Source: Candidatus Hodarchaeota archaeon (GTDB taxonomy: Archaea > Asgardarchaeota > Heimdallarchaeia > Hodarchaeales > Hodarchaeaceae). From it: a stretch of DNA of 31,381 bases. Shown piece by piece: positions 9,995 through 19,637 of this stretch. A program made the translations under genes and the position numbers. The DNA is taken from assembly GCA_016839815.1 (NCBI GenBank), contig JAEOTM010000124.1:1-31381 (forward strand), in the 5' to 3' direction. Under the pieces are notes generated by a model that saw only the letters and a program-made list of their open reading frames with translations, had not been told where the DNA came from and searched no databases. Within the stretch, counting starts at the first letter, position 1; each line of letters starts with the position of its first letter.

Positions 9995-10033
9995 TTTGTG
10001 AGAGAAGAGTTGAAAGTGTTATTCTTCTTCTTC

Positions 10034-12298
10034 TCAAACCTCATCATATTTCAAGCGATGTAATGCTCCAGATTTCAATGCAAGAATTACTGCGGCAATA
10101 AGAACACCACCTCCAAGGAATAAGGGAATTAAACCTTGGCCAGGGGAATACTCCACTGCTACAGTGTAGCTAAAGATTTCCGAGGTATTGGAATTTGGTG
10201 GATCAGCATCATCAAATGCTGTGATTTTATACTCTACCTTTGTTCCCTGCTTTTGAGGTGGGATTGAGGCCTTCCATAATCCATATGCACTCTTCATTGA
10301 GACATTGTACCATGTCCCATTACTGTAATACAGAATTACTGCCGAGACATCACCTTCATCATCCTCAACGGAGGCACTTATATTCACTCTCTGGGTATCT
10401 CGAACAATATCTATGGGATTTCTCGTCACAGCTCCTATAATGGGAGGAAAAACGTCTGCTCCACCACCAACTCTTACTGATGGAGGACTATCTCCCGTAA
10501 GTGTGGATGTTTCAAAGTATGCTTGCACAAAGAATGAATTGAACAGGTTGAGAGATGAAACATCGATATCAGCGGCTCCCCATGTCTGAGATGTTGGATC
10601 CCAAACCAGAGTTCCTGCTATCCCTGTTTCGGTCTTTTCTTTAAAGTTCATGAGTTTGTAAGTGGCACTGGTTGCAGTAGTATCTGTAATAAATTCAGCT
10701 GTATCAGTTGCAAAAGCTGTAATGTTCTCTATTTGCATTATATAATTATCAAAGTCAAGATCAACATGCGGGGCCGATACAAATAGATAATCAAAAGGAA
10801 TATCAGTTACAGAGATGATAGAGCTGTTGAAACTGAATGTAGGATCTGGTCGTAAGTATTCATCATATTTATCATGCATGAATTCAATTTTATCTTGGCC
10901 TTGCAGAATATCGACATCAAAAGGATGATACCTTGTTTTCAATGGCAGTTGAGCACCAGAATAGAAATTTTTGACACCTTCGGTTGAAGCACTCCAGGTA
11001 ATGTTACCGAAACCCGTTTCGTCAAAAATAAATCCATAACCGAGCTTATCATCATCTGGTTGTTCCCATTGGGGAGGTGTGATTGTTGTTCCCTCTAATA
11101 AGGCTTCGATATACCAAGGGGAGCTAAAATCACCTGAATCAATATGATGAATATTTGTATCATCTGGAGCGCGCATAACCCACCCTTGCCCATACCCTTC
11201 ATCTTGAGTATATCCAGGAACGTAAATTCCTTTATAGAAAGTACCGGGTCTACCACCACCCCATTCCCGGTTTTGATACTCAAGAGGAAGAACGGAGAAA
11301 CTTCCCGCTTCAGGTCCAGTAATATCCATCGAATAATCAAGAAAAGGTTGATTGACGTATAAGTCATAAGTAAATAAACCAAAAATTTCTTCGGTTTTAG
11401 TTGGTCCACCAAAGACTCCCTTTACATAGGGTTGAGTACTTTGTATAGTAACTCGGGCACGTATAGGTCCAGGAATTAAATCGATTAATTTTCCTGGATA
11501 TGGTCGTGTGGCGTATTGATTTTGGGAGGTAAATTCTTCAATTCGGGCAAATCGTGACCATTTCCAAATTTCTGACGGATAAGGGAATTTTTGCTTAATA
11601 ATGTCGAATCGAGATTCACCGAATTCATCTAGAAGGGAAATTTCGTAAATAGCCCCAGAAGACCATGCTGCAGAAATTAATACCGCACCCTGAATGATTT
11701 CGTTCTCAATGTAATACGCACCATTGTTTGGATCAATCATGTCAGGATATAAGTCATCAATTTCATCAAGCTTTGGATAAGGCGTGATACTACAAACTTC
11801 TGGAAAATATGGGGGTGGAAGGTCTAAATCAAGTGGACTAAAGTAGACTGTAAAAGAGGCTGTTTGCCCTATTGCTAAATCCACTTCATCTGGAAGGGTG
11901 AAAAGCAACTCATCATTTTCTGAAAATCCCGTAATACCATCTACATCATCTACTTGAGAGGGAATCAACTCTCCATTATATGTAACGTAGGCTGCATCCC
12001 ATTTGATATCATCTGAGCTTTCAGATGTATTCATACCAAATGGATCGATTGATACTGGGAGATTAGGGGCTATATCATTCAATTTGATTATAATAGCTGT
12101 GGATGCAGGTAAAGCATGGGTACCAGGTGCGGTGACATTAATATCTACTTTGATCATCTCATCAGTTTGAACGGTTTTTGGAAAAATTCTTTCTTCTGCC
12201 ATCGAAACACTTTTTGGTCTGCTTTGACCAATATTGACTTGAGTTAGTAGAGAAGTTAACAATACAATAAAGATTATAGACTTTAACGACTTTTTCAT
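10034..12298 (-). CDS. Secreted, membrane-anchored DUF4861-like protein with C-terminal Ig-like domain
   Basis: MKK signal peptide; IPSQVDDVDG..NDELLF and GPIRARV motifs; Ig-like module (PPII..VNISASVED..VILYYS..WKASIP..VEYKITAFD); C-terminal TM; GGTGA RBS. Confidence 0.7.
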   Translation of the reverse strand: MKKSLKSIIFIVLLTSLLTQVNIGQSRPKSVSMAEERIFPKTVQTDEMIKVDINVTAPGTHALPASTAIIIKLNDIAPNLPVSIDPFGMNTSESSDDIKWDAAYVTYNGELIPSQVDDVDGITGFSENDELLFTLPDEVDLAIGQTASFTVYFSPLDLDLPPPYFPEVCSITPYPKLDEIDDLYPDMIDPNNGAYYIENEIIQGAVLISAAWSSGAIYEISLLDEFGESRFDIIKQKFPYPSEIWKWSRFARIEEFTSQNQYATRPYPGKLIDLIPGPIRARVTIQSTQPYVKGVFGGPTKTEEIFGLFTYDLYVNQPFLDYSMDITGPEAGSFSVLPLEYQNREWGGGRPGTFYKGIYVPGYTQDEGYGQGWVMRAPDDTNIHHIDSGDFSSPWYIEALLEGTTITPPQWEQPDDDKLGYGFIFDETGFGNITWSASTEGVKNFYSGAQLPLKTRYHPFDVDILQGQDKIEFMHDKYDEYLRPDPTFSFNSSIISVTDIPFDYLFVSAPHVDLDFDNYIMQIENITAFATDTAEFITDTTATSATYKLMNFKEKTETGIAGTLVWDPTSQTWGAADIDVSSLNLFNSFFVQAYFETSTLTGDSPPSVRVGGGADVFPPIIGAVTRNPIDIVRDTQRVNISASVEDDEGDVSAVILYYSNGTWYNVSMKSAYGLWKASIPPQKQGTKVEYKITAFDDADPPNSNTSEIFSYTVAVEYSPGQGLIPLFLGGGVLIAAVILALKSGALHRLKYDEV

Positions 12299-12363
12299 AC
12301 AAAATCACCTTAAGAAAATATATACGGGTTAGGTTTAATTAAGCAAATGATGAAATTTCTATG

Positions 12364-12376
12364 ATTTAAAAGATTA
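12364..12376 (-). promoter_or_regulatory. Putative BRE/TATA promoter of the 754-aa gene
   Basis: Minus-strand TAATCTTTTAAAT about 65 nt upstream of the ATG. Confidence 0.45.
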
Positions 12377-12470
12377 TGTCTCATCCAAAGCAAAGCAGTT
12401 AAAGAAGAACAGATGAATTTTAAAGTCTATTATAAATCAATTAAATTATAATTATCAATGATGAGTATTT

Positions 12471-13151
12471 ATGGTCAAATCATACAGCGATGGCTTGCTG
12501 GCTCCTTTTGCTAAGTACATGGCCAAGTACGGAGACTGGCAGATATCGGATCTAGGGGCAAGCGTTTTAGTACCTAAAGAGAATTACCATTTTGACTCAA
12601 TACTTGTCCGATCAAAACGACTTTCTTATTCTGCTGACAAATCGTGGGAATTTACAGCCTCGGTAGTTATGATCAACAAAGAAGATTTTTCCTCTGAAAA
12701 TTTTTTACTTTTTCAACGTCTTAAGGGATATGAATGCGAGGTAGTGAGAAAAGGACACTTGAGGAAAAAATATTCATTTCAATCAGCATCACTACTTGAA
12801 CCTCTTCAAATAGAAATCCCAGGTCTATACATCAATGGATCCTTAGTTGAATCTCTCAATCAAGACCATTCTGTATTGAGCAAGGTTCAAAAAATTGTTC
12901 CAGATCAAATATCGATCCGACTATTCTCCCAACCTATTGTAACAAAAGACCTGGATGAATACTGTCGGGAATATAGAAAAACCTACGAATCCCCCACCGA
13001 GCTAATATGGAATGTTAGCATCGAAAAGTTTGTAGATATGATTTTATCTAGAAAGAGATATTTTCAAACGATCGATCTGATCGTTGAACTTCTTGAAGAA
13101 ATCGCATCTAAAGTTCAAAGGATCACACAGGAAACTCAAGCAAGATTGTAA
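12471..13151 (+). CDS. Hypothetical soluble protein (226 aa)
   Basis: Long ORF filling the gap, divergent from 12298 and convergent on the OPT-like gene; no motif recognised. Confidence 0.65.
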   Translation: MVKSYSDGLLAPFAKYMAKYGDWQISDLGASVLVPKENYHFDSILVRSKRLSYSADKSWEFTASVVMINKEDFSSENFLLFQRLKGYECEVVRKGHLRKKYSFQSASLLEPLQIEIPGLYINGSLVESLNQDHSVLSKVQKIVPDQISIRLFSQPIVTKDLDEYCREYRKTYESPTELIWNVSIEKFVDMILSRKRYFQTIDLIVELLEEIASKVQRITQETQARL

Positions 13152-13157
13152 TAATCA

Positions 13158-15059
13158 CTATAGTGGCAGTTGAATTGTATTTTTAATCAGAGACAAAAAT
13201 GTGGCTAAAGCGATAACTATCCCGACTCCTGCACCTGTACCAGCAAGTATTACTGCGCGATTCGTATTCCAATTTTCCATCCGACTTTTTAAAAGCTGGG
13301 CAAACAGCGCACCTAAGAAGGTGGTAAATGCATATGGAATAACTGTAATAGTTCCTACAGAAAACGAAATCACAGAGATAGGAATTGGTGTACCCCATTC
13401 AATAATGTATAGAAAGAGAGTAGCGATGAAAGCAATTCCAAGGATAATTGGATCAATAATTGCAGTTGGATTTGTGACGAAAGTAGCAATTTTACCTACT
13501 TCAAGAGGCCAAAAAGGAACTGGAAAGATTACAGAGGGAACTTGAGCTATCGAAAGAAGGGCGGATACCCAAAAGATTCCTGCAATCCAAGCGACAAACG
13601 AGGCCAAGAAATGGGCTTTAATTAAACTCCCTCGTTTTGTATATGTAAGGTCAGCCGTTTTAAATGTAGCAACCCATCCTGCTCCCCCTTGTGATATTAC
13701 TAAAGGTATGAACCAAATTTTACCACCTATAGGCGCATTTGCTGCAACAAAAGCCGACTCTTTTACGTAAGGTATAAGTGGAAGATTAGCTGTTATTCCG
13801 AAAGCATATGCCATGGTTAAGGAAGACAGAAAACTCCAACCAATCGTTAAGATAATAAGAACAATAATCATTTGTTGAGAAAGATCAGGAATAAGTAACC
13901 AAGCGACAACCACTGAACCTAATGTCCCTAATATGAAAAAACCAAAAAGAACACTTAATTTTGGTGTACCACCTTCAATCTCTTCCCCCTTTCCTTTGGA
14001 AAGTTTCCGTAAATCTCTTATAGTAGTTATAAAGATCTTAGGATTACGTAAGATGGGGATTAAGGCTGAGCTTAAGAGCAAACCAATTGTCCATGGTAGC
14101 CAAAAGTTCAGCTGAGAGTTATTGAATGTATCTACAAGAGACATTCCTTTTTCCCAACCGATATCTACGCTATTAGAAACAAGTAATGGATTTATAATTA
14201 AATTAACAAATATAGATCCTACAAGAATACTTACTACTACATTTAAAGGAAGAATAAAACCTGTGACAAAGAAAATAATATCTGTTGCAATCCCAAATGT
14301 TGCCCCGTTGAGAAATCCTTCAACTGAGGGTGTGAAATCAAACCAAGGAATCGGAATTAGAGTTATATCAAATACTAGAGGGAAAAAATACAGAATAAAA
14401 CCAGCAAAACTAGCGATAATCGCGCTAACAGAGAAAACCTGTAATTTATTTTTATCCTCCCATGTTAATGATTTTGCTCGTTCAGCCTCGACTTCAGCAG
14501 TCGGAAATGGTAACACTTCAACTTTTGTGTATAAGTAATTGAAGACTATTCCAAGAGAAATATCCGTAGATTTCGCTAGAAGAGCGTTAATAATGAGTAG
14601 TCCTAAGGGTAGGATAAAGACAGGATTTAAAATCGTCTGCACAGGACCAAAGTATGCTGGTGCAAACCAGTCGGGAATCAAAGCTGTGAGTGGAACACCA
14701 TTAATGAGCTGAGAGCTAATTATTGGATGATGTCGTAGATAATAATTGAAAACAAGCAGTACTATCATTTCCATACCAAGGGCCGTACTTGTCACATTAA
14801 TCAACATGAATACTTCTTGTTTAGTTAGAGGATTATCAGCTAATTTTGCAAATACAGCGAATAGGACTATTGTTGTGTTCAAAACTGCCCCAATAAACCA
14901 TTGGTTTGTTACAAAATATAGATAAATGGCAGCAGGCTGTATTATAACTGCGGAATACACTATTGCGAGACCAACTCGCCATGTGAATCCGCTTTGATAT
15001 TCCTCTTTATGCTCTTCCATCTCGATTGGTTCATCTTTGCTTACATTAATTTCACTCAT
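13158..15059 (-). CDS. OPT/YSL-superfamily-like multi-pass membrane protein
   Basis: Roughly 15-17 hydrophobic segments; SGFTWR, LTKQE, EVLPFP motifs typical of OPT-like 'peptide transporter' proteins; last gene of a 3-gene operon. Confidence 0.75.
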   Translation of the reverse strand: MSEINVSKDEPIEMEEHKEEYQSGFTWRVGLAIVYSAVIIQPAAIYLYFVTNQWFIGAVLNTTIVLFAVFAKLADNPLTKQEVFMLINVTSTALGMEMIVLLVFNYYLRHHPIISSQLINGVPLTALIPDWFAPAYFGPVQTILNPVFILPLGLLIINALLAKSTDISLGIVFNYLYTKVEVLPFPTAEVEAERAKSLTWEDKNKLQVFSVSAIIASFAGFILYFFPLVFDITLIPIPWFDFTPSVEGFLNGATFGIATDIIFFVTGFILPLNVVVSILVGSIFVNLIINPLLVSNSVDIGWEKGMSLVDTFNNSQLNFWLPWTIGLLLSSALIPILRNPKIFITTIRDLRKLSKGKGEEIEGGTPKLSVLFGFFILGTLGSVVVAWLLIPDLSQQMIIVLIILTIGWSFLSSLTMAYAFGITANLPLIPYVKESAFVAANAPIGGKIWFIPLVISQGGAGWVATFKTADLTYTKRGSLIKAHFLASFVAWIAGIFWVSALLSIAQVPSVIFPVPFWPLEVGKIATFVTNPTAIIDPIILGIAFIATLFLYIIEWGTPIPISVISFSVGTITVIPYAFTTFLGALFAQLLKSRMENWNTNRAVILAGTGAGVGIVIALATFLSLIKNTIQLPL

Positions 15060-15077
15060 GATTTGCTGCCCTCTGTA

Positions 15078-18000
15078 TCACTTTTTTAAATTTTTTCTGA
15101 ATTTCTCTGAATTCAACGCTTTTTCTTCTTTAGGAAGACTTCTCCAAATAAGCAGCTGCTTTCTAATACTATCTACAAATCGTCTAACCGAAGATTCCCA
15201 AGCAAGTAATATTCCTTCAAGACGGACTAAGTTAATCTCAAACACATAATGAAATTTAATTTCCTCTAGGTAGGAGTAGACATCTACTTCTTGTTTCAAT
15301 CCCGCATCGAATGGTGCTAAATTCACAGTAGCTGTAAGATGTTTTTCTTTTCGTTCTCGATCTGTTTCACTAGTAGCAATGTTTTGCGCGAAAAAAGCTC
15401 CTCCTACACTCTCTGATTCATAAATTTCAAAAAATTCTCGCAAAAACTCAATAATTCCTTCTGCTTCCTGTTCGGTTGCAGCTACGAATGGAAGTGGAAT
15501 ATTCCAGGTTTTTCCATCATCTTCATAGGTAGTCTTTAACTCCCATTTTCGTCGTACCGAGGGAACAGACATTTTGGCCGAGATTCTCAAGGGATAGATT
15601 GTACTAAGAAGGATTCCTCCAATTCCCAACCCTAGTGCTTGAACAATGGAACCTGAGGAATAATTGATGGCTAATGATTCTGGAAAGATCCCTAGTGCTG
15701 AGAGGACTACAGCTGATGTAATACCCATTAAATATCCTATTACAGATCCAATAACGGCATACACAAGAAATTCGGCTAAAAATAAGCCTGCTATATGGAC
15801 GGGTGCTAATCCTAGTGATGTAAATGTATTAATTTCTTTTTTTGACTCGTAAACGGTGCTAACTGAAGTATTGATCATTATTAAAACGGCTATTACTAAT
15901 GGGATTCCAAGCTCTCCCAATCCTTCTCCAAGACTTTGCAATTGACGTTTGAAAATGGTTACTTCATCATTATATCCTACTCTAACCTGTAAATTCCTAC
16001 CGTAGGTTGAGGATATTGTCCTTGCAATGTCTTCATAGAGAGTAAATTCTTGAGAAGTCTGATTTTCTGCTTTAATCGAAATTGAGGAAAGGGTTCCTCC
16101 AAATGATTTAACTGTATGAGCAGGTAGAATGAAAGTATCATCAGGATAGATATGGACATTTGGAGCTGGTGCGTGGTTGTTCTTTGGGGTTAATTTTTCA
16201 TTATCATAATCTCTTAAGCGTTCAAACTCTATCGAGTCCAAAATTCCCACGACTAAAAATTCTTGGCCTGCCCAAATAACTGTTTCATTGACTGCTACAT
16301 TTAATTTTTCACTAAGTTCATTAAACAAGATGCATTCTGAACCATTTGAGCTTGTAAACCATCTGCCAGATAGTAATATTGACTCAAGTGGATGAAAGTT
16401 TGTTTCTAAAGGTGTCATGCCTAGGATGGCTGAACCTTCCCACATGTTATTCCCATCAGGAGTTTCTACCTTAACATAACCATTCGGATACTCAGATTTG
16501 TCGGAGGGTGGATAGAGCCACCAGCGAGAGGCGATCTGAATTTCATCTTCATAAGATACTTCTAAATTTGTAATTAATTCTTCTGGTAATGGAAATTCCC
16601 AATCCTTCGTTCTAATATAAATACCATCGTAGGAGATTTCCTGAGCCTCTCCTTTTGAGAATGTAGCAACCTGAGTTGTTGCAGAAGTAAAAAGTGTTAA
16701 TGAGAATGTAATGAGAACAATCCCTGATAGTGCAATAACCGTTCTTCCTTTCCTTTTTTTCATTCTCGAAATTCCAGTACTCATGGCTATTAGCAAAGTA
16801 GAGGTTCGAGAAGTGTCAGCGAAATGCGAACCTAGCTGCTTAAGACGCAGACTCTTGAGGTAATCATAACCCTCTTGGTATATCATTAATAAGGCTGGAA
16901 ATACAAAGATTGTTGCTACAACTCCAACAATAATCATCGCGATATTTTGTGACAGATGCATCCCTGGATGGATAATATAAAAGAATCCAAATCCAGCCGC
17001 ATAAATCGTACTAGTAGCCAAAATTCGCTTTATTCCACTATCAAAATTAAATAATAACGCAGAAAGAGCAAAAGCAAATGGAATGAGAAGAACGGCGAAA
17101 AATATCGATGTAGCGGTTCCATCCTGTATTACTTTTCGTGCCTGCCTAAAAGAATCGTACGCCCAAGTATGGGATTCTATTATGGTAGCAATTGATTGCG
17201 AATATTGATACTTGCTCTTTAGTAGGTTTGCAGTGATTAATAAATCAGAGGCAGTTTCAAATGTAGTCTCCACCAAAGCATCATAGATATTATATCGTGT
17301 GTACAATGCGACATAGGTTTGGGTGATGGAGAGTAGATCTCTTGTAGTTATGAATGAGGAATAACCAAGATTTTGAAATTCTCCGTGCCCAAGAGTATAT
17401 CCCTTTCCTCGCAAGGTTTGGTTATCTGAATTTGTCGCATAAACTCCGAGTAAACCATCGTTGTATTTACCCACTATAATAGAGGGGATATCTGGTTGAA
17501 GGAATACTAAGCTTACAGTCTTAGATCCTGTATATCCATAAGAAAAGTATACATTTCTGGTCACAGGATCTAAAACGCTATAGTCTATATTATGTGCAGC
17601 ACTAACTTGTGTAAAAGGGTGATAAAGCCCAAAAATACTGATAGTGCCACAATCGAATACGGTAGGATTGACTGTGGTTCTCCTTTTTGTCAAAGTATTA
17701 GAGTTTTTGAAGTATTGACCCCGAGTTCCAAGATCAATAGCTTTAATCATTCTTCCATCTGTATCAAACTGATATGCTTCAACAACAAACTCAAGTGGAT
17801 AATCTGGTTGTTCTGAAGACACACCACGGATTTGGTAATAACCAGTTTCATCCGATTTAGTTATGTATGAATATTCGCCAAAGGTACTATCGCGATTATT
17901 GTAGGATCTAATCCTGACTAGAGCGTTTGGTACATTTACAAGCCACGCATTTGTCTCATCATACTGTTTTACGTATCCTTCTATGTAACCATAGCCAACA

Positions 18001-19583
18001 TGTGCATTAGTGGCAACTTTTAACGAAAATTGTTTATTTTCAAGATTGGTTAATACTGAATTTAAACCATCGTCTAGAATCAATTGAGTGTAAGCACATA
18101 AGCTATATATTACTTGGTTTTTCAGAAATGTGAAGTCTCTTAAAGAAATATGTGAATATAAATCAACGGGGGTATTGAATTTTAAACGATGTGATCCTGA
18201 TGTAAATAAAGATAATCCTAATACGTTTGATGCAATAAAAGGTTCATGATCACCTACAAAAGTTATGGGGGAAATATCCTTAAACTCCTTATTAGTAACA
18301 TATGATTCTACAGCAAAAGAATAACCTGATTCGCTCTCAATCAAATCTGTATAGCTCAAGAGATAATCTTGAGCAATATCCTTTAGTTTTGTAATGAGAC
18401 GATTTCCACTTGTGTATTGAAGTTGGAATTTGTACAAATATCCATATGGATTGATCGCGATTTTATCATTTGTAGAAGAAAGATCAAATGAAAGAAATAA
18501 TTTATACCCTTTGTTTTTATTTAAGGAACTATAATATTGGTCCACGAAATTTCTTGCCCCAGCTGCTTGTTGATTATGTCCTGAAAGAGCTAGAAACATG
18601 ATTGATTTTTCAGGTACAATATCATTTTCATTAATAAGACGAATGAATTCTAGAAGGGTCGCTATACTGCAAGATTCGTCTGCGCCGGGAGCAATAGCTG
18701 GGATAATTGATGTTGAATCGAAATATGCAGAAATAATTATGAAATCTTCACTTTTGCCCGGTAATATACCCATGACATTCTTTGCATCAATCGAAGTCCA
18801 TTCCATATCCGAATAGAGGGTAATTTGTTGATCTCCTGGAATTGATAGCCCCTTTATCATAGTAGCTGTGGTTTGATTTTCAATAAAAAGTCTGGGAAAG
18901 TGAAGAGGAATATCTAACGTTTTTTCTTCTGCTTCAAAACGATTAGTATCATTCGTAGGAAGAAAAATTACCCCACTAGCTCCTAGACTAGCTACTTTAA
19001 GCCAATTATCTAGTGAATTGAATTCAAGTACAACGATTGCATCTTCAATCTTTTTTCCATCCAACTCAGAATAAGTTCCTGTTCCTCCGTAAACTAGGGT
19101 ACCAGTTACTCCAATGGACGGAATTCTACTCGGATTTAGAGAATTTGGCATTAAAGTATGTGCAGTAAAATTCTCTCCTTCTACTTCGACACTTGTGCTT
19201 TTATCAATAGGAACTAGAAGAGGATACGTGGGAAAAGATACATTCTCTAAACCTTGATCAACAAAAAAGTCTCGAATATAATTTGCAGCAAGCTCATATC
19301 CTGGATAACCTGTAAACCGACTTCCACCAAAAGTGGAAAAATTGCTAATGTGACTTTGAATATTAGAAAAATATGTATTATTAATCTGGTTGCTTAATTC
19401 TTGATATCCTGGGAATTCTGCTGATTTAGAATTTGATTGTAAAACCTCAGTTTCTGTTAAATTATTTATTCTTTCTTCTCCATCTTCCTGAACAGATCTT
19501 TCTTCAAAAAAAAACTGATTACTTACCACAAGGGAGAATAGGAAAAAAAAGAAGAATAAGGTTCTGGAGTATTTCAAGATCAT
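15078..19583 (-). CDS. Fusion protein: PA + M28 peptidase-like ectodomain, carboxypeptidase-regulatory-like beta domain, TM bundle, MacB-type extracytoplasmic domain and FtsX permease
   Basis: SRFTGYPG..AANYI, PA-like GTLVYGGTG..GASGVIF, AYFDS..APGADE..LLEFIR, DHEPF; C-terminal FtsX signature VYESKKEINTFTSLGL..LFLAEFLVYAVIGSVIGYLMG and YPLRISAK. Confidence 0.85.
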   Translation of the reverse strand: MILKYSRTLFFFFFLFSLVVSNQFFFEERSVQEDGEERINNLTETEVLQSNSKSAEFPGYQELSNQINNTYFSNIQSHISNFSTFGGSRFTGYPGYELAANYIRDFFVDQGLENVSFPTYPLLVPIDKSTSVEVEGENFTAHTLMPNSLNPSRIPSIGVTGTLVYGGTGTYSELDGKKIEDAIVVLEFNSLDNWLKVASLGASGVIFLPTNDTNRFEAEEKTLDIPLHFPRLFIENQTTATMIKGLSIPGDQQITLYSDMEWTSIDAKNVMGILPGKSEDFIIISAYFDSTSIIPAIAPGADESCSIATLLEFIRLINENDIVPEKSIMFLALSGHNQQAAGARNFVDQYYSSLNKNKGYKLFLSFDLSSTNDKIAINPYGYLYKFQLQYTSGNRLITKLKDIAQDYLLSYTDLIESESGYSFAVESYVTNKEFKDISPITFVGDHEPFIASNVLGLSLFTSGSHRLKFNTPVDLYSHISLRDFTFLKNQVIYSLCAYTQLILDDGLNSVLTNLENKQFSLKVATNAHVGYGYIEGYVKQYDETNAWLVNVPNALVRIRSYNNRDSTFGEYSYITKSDETGYYQIRGVSSEQPDYPLEFVVEAYQFDTDGRMIKAIDLGTRGQYFKNSNTLTKRRTTVNPTVFDCGTISIFGLYHPFTQVSAAHNIDYSVLDPVTRNVYFSYGYTGSKTVSLVFLQPDIPSIIVGKYNDGLLGVYATNSDNQTLRGKGYTLGHGEFQNLGYSSFITTRDLLSITQTYVALYTRYNIYDALVETTFETASDLLITANLLKSKYQYSQSIATIIESHTWAYDSFRQARKVIQDGTATSIFFAVLLIPFAFALSALLFNFDSGIKRILATSTIYAAGFGFFYIIHPGMHLSQNIAMIIVGVVATIFVFPALLMIYQEGYDYLKSLRLKQLGSHFADTSRTSTLLIAMSTGISRMKKRKGRTVIALSGIVLITFSLTLFTSATTQVATFSKGEAQEISYDGIYIRTKDWEFPLPEELITNLEVSYEDEIQIASRWWLYPPSDKSEYPNGYVKVETPDGNNMWEGSAILGMTPLETNFHPLESILLSGRWFTSSNGSECILFNELSEKLNVAVNETVIWAGQEFLVVGILDSIEFERLRDYDNEKLTPKNNHAPAPNVHIYPDDTFILPAHTVKSFGGTLSSISIKAENQTSQEFTLYEDIARTISSTYGRNLQVRVGYNDEVTIFKRQLQSLGEGLGELGIPLVIAVLIMINTSVSTVYESKKEINTFTSLGLAPVHIAGLFLAEFLVYAVIGSVIGYLMGITSAVVLSALGIFPESLAINYSSGSIVQALGLGIGGILLSTIYPLRISAKMSVPSVRRKWELKTTYEDDGKTWNIPLPFVAATEQEAEGIIEFLREFFEIYESESVGGAFFAQNIATSETDRERKEKHLTATVNLAPFDAGLKQEVDVYSYLEEIKFHYVFEINLVRLEGILLAWESSVRRFVDSIRKQLLIWRSLPKEEKALNSEKFRKNLKK

Positions 19584-19637
19584 TATTCTCCTAGTTTGAT
19601 TACATGCTTGTGTCGTCTTCTAGGTACTGGTTATTTT

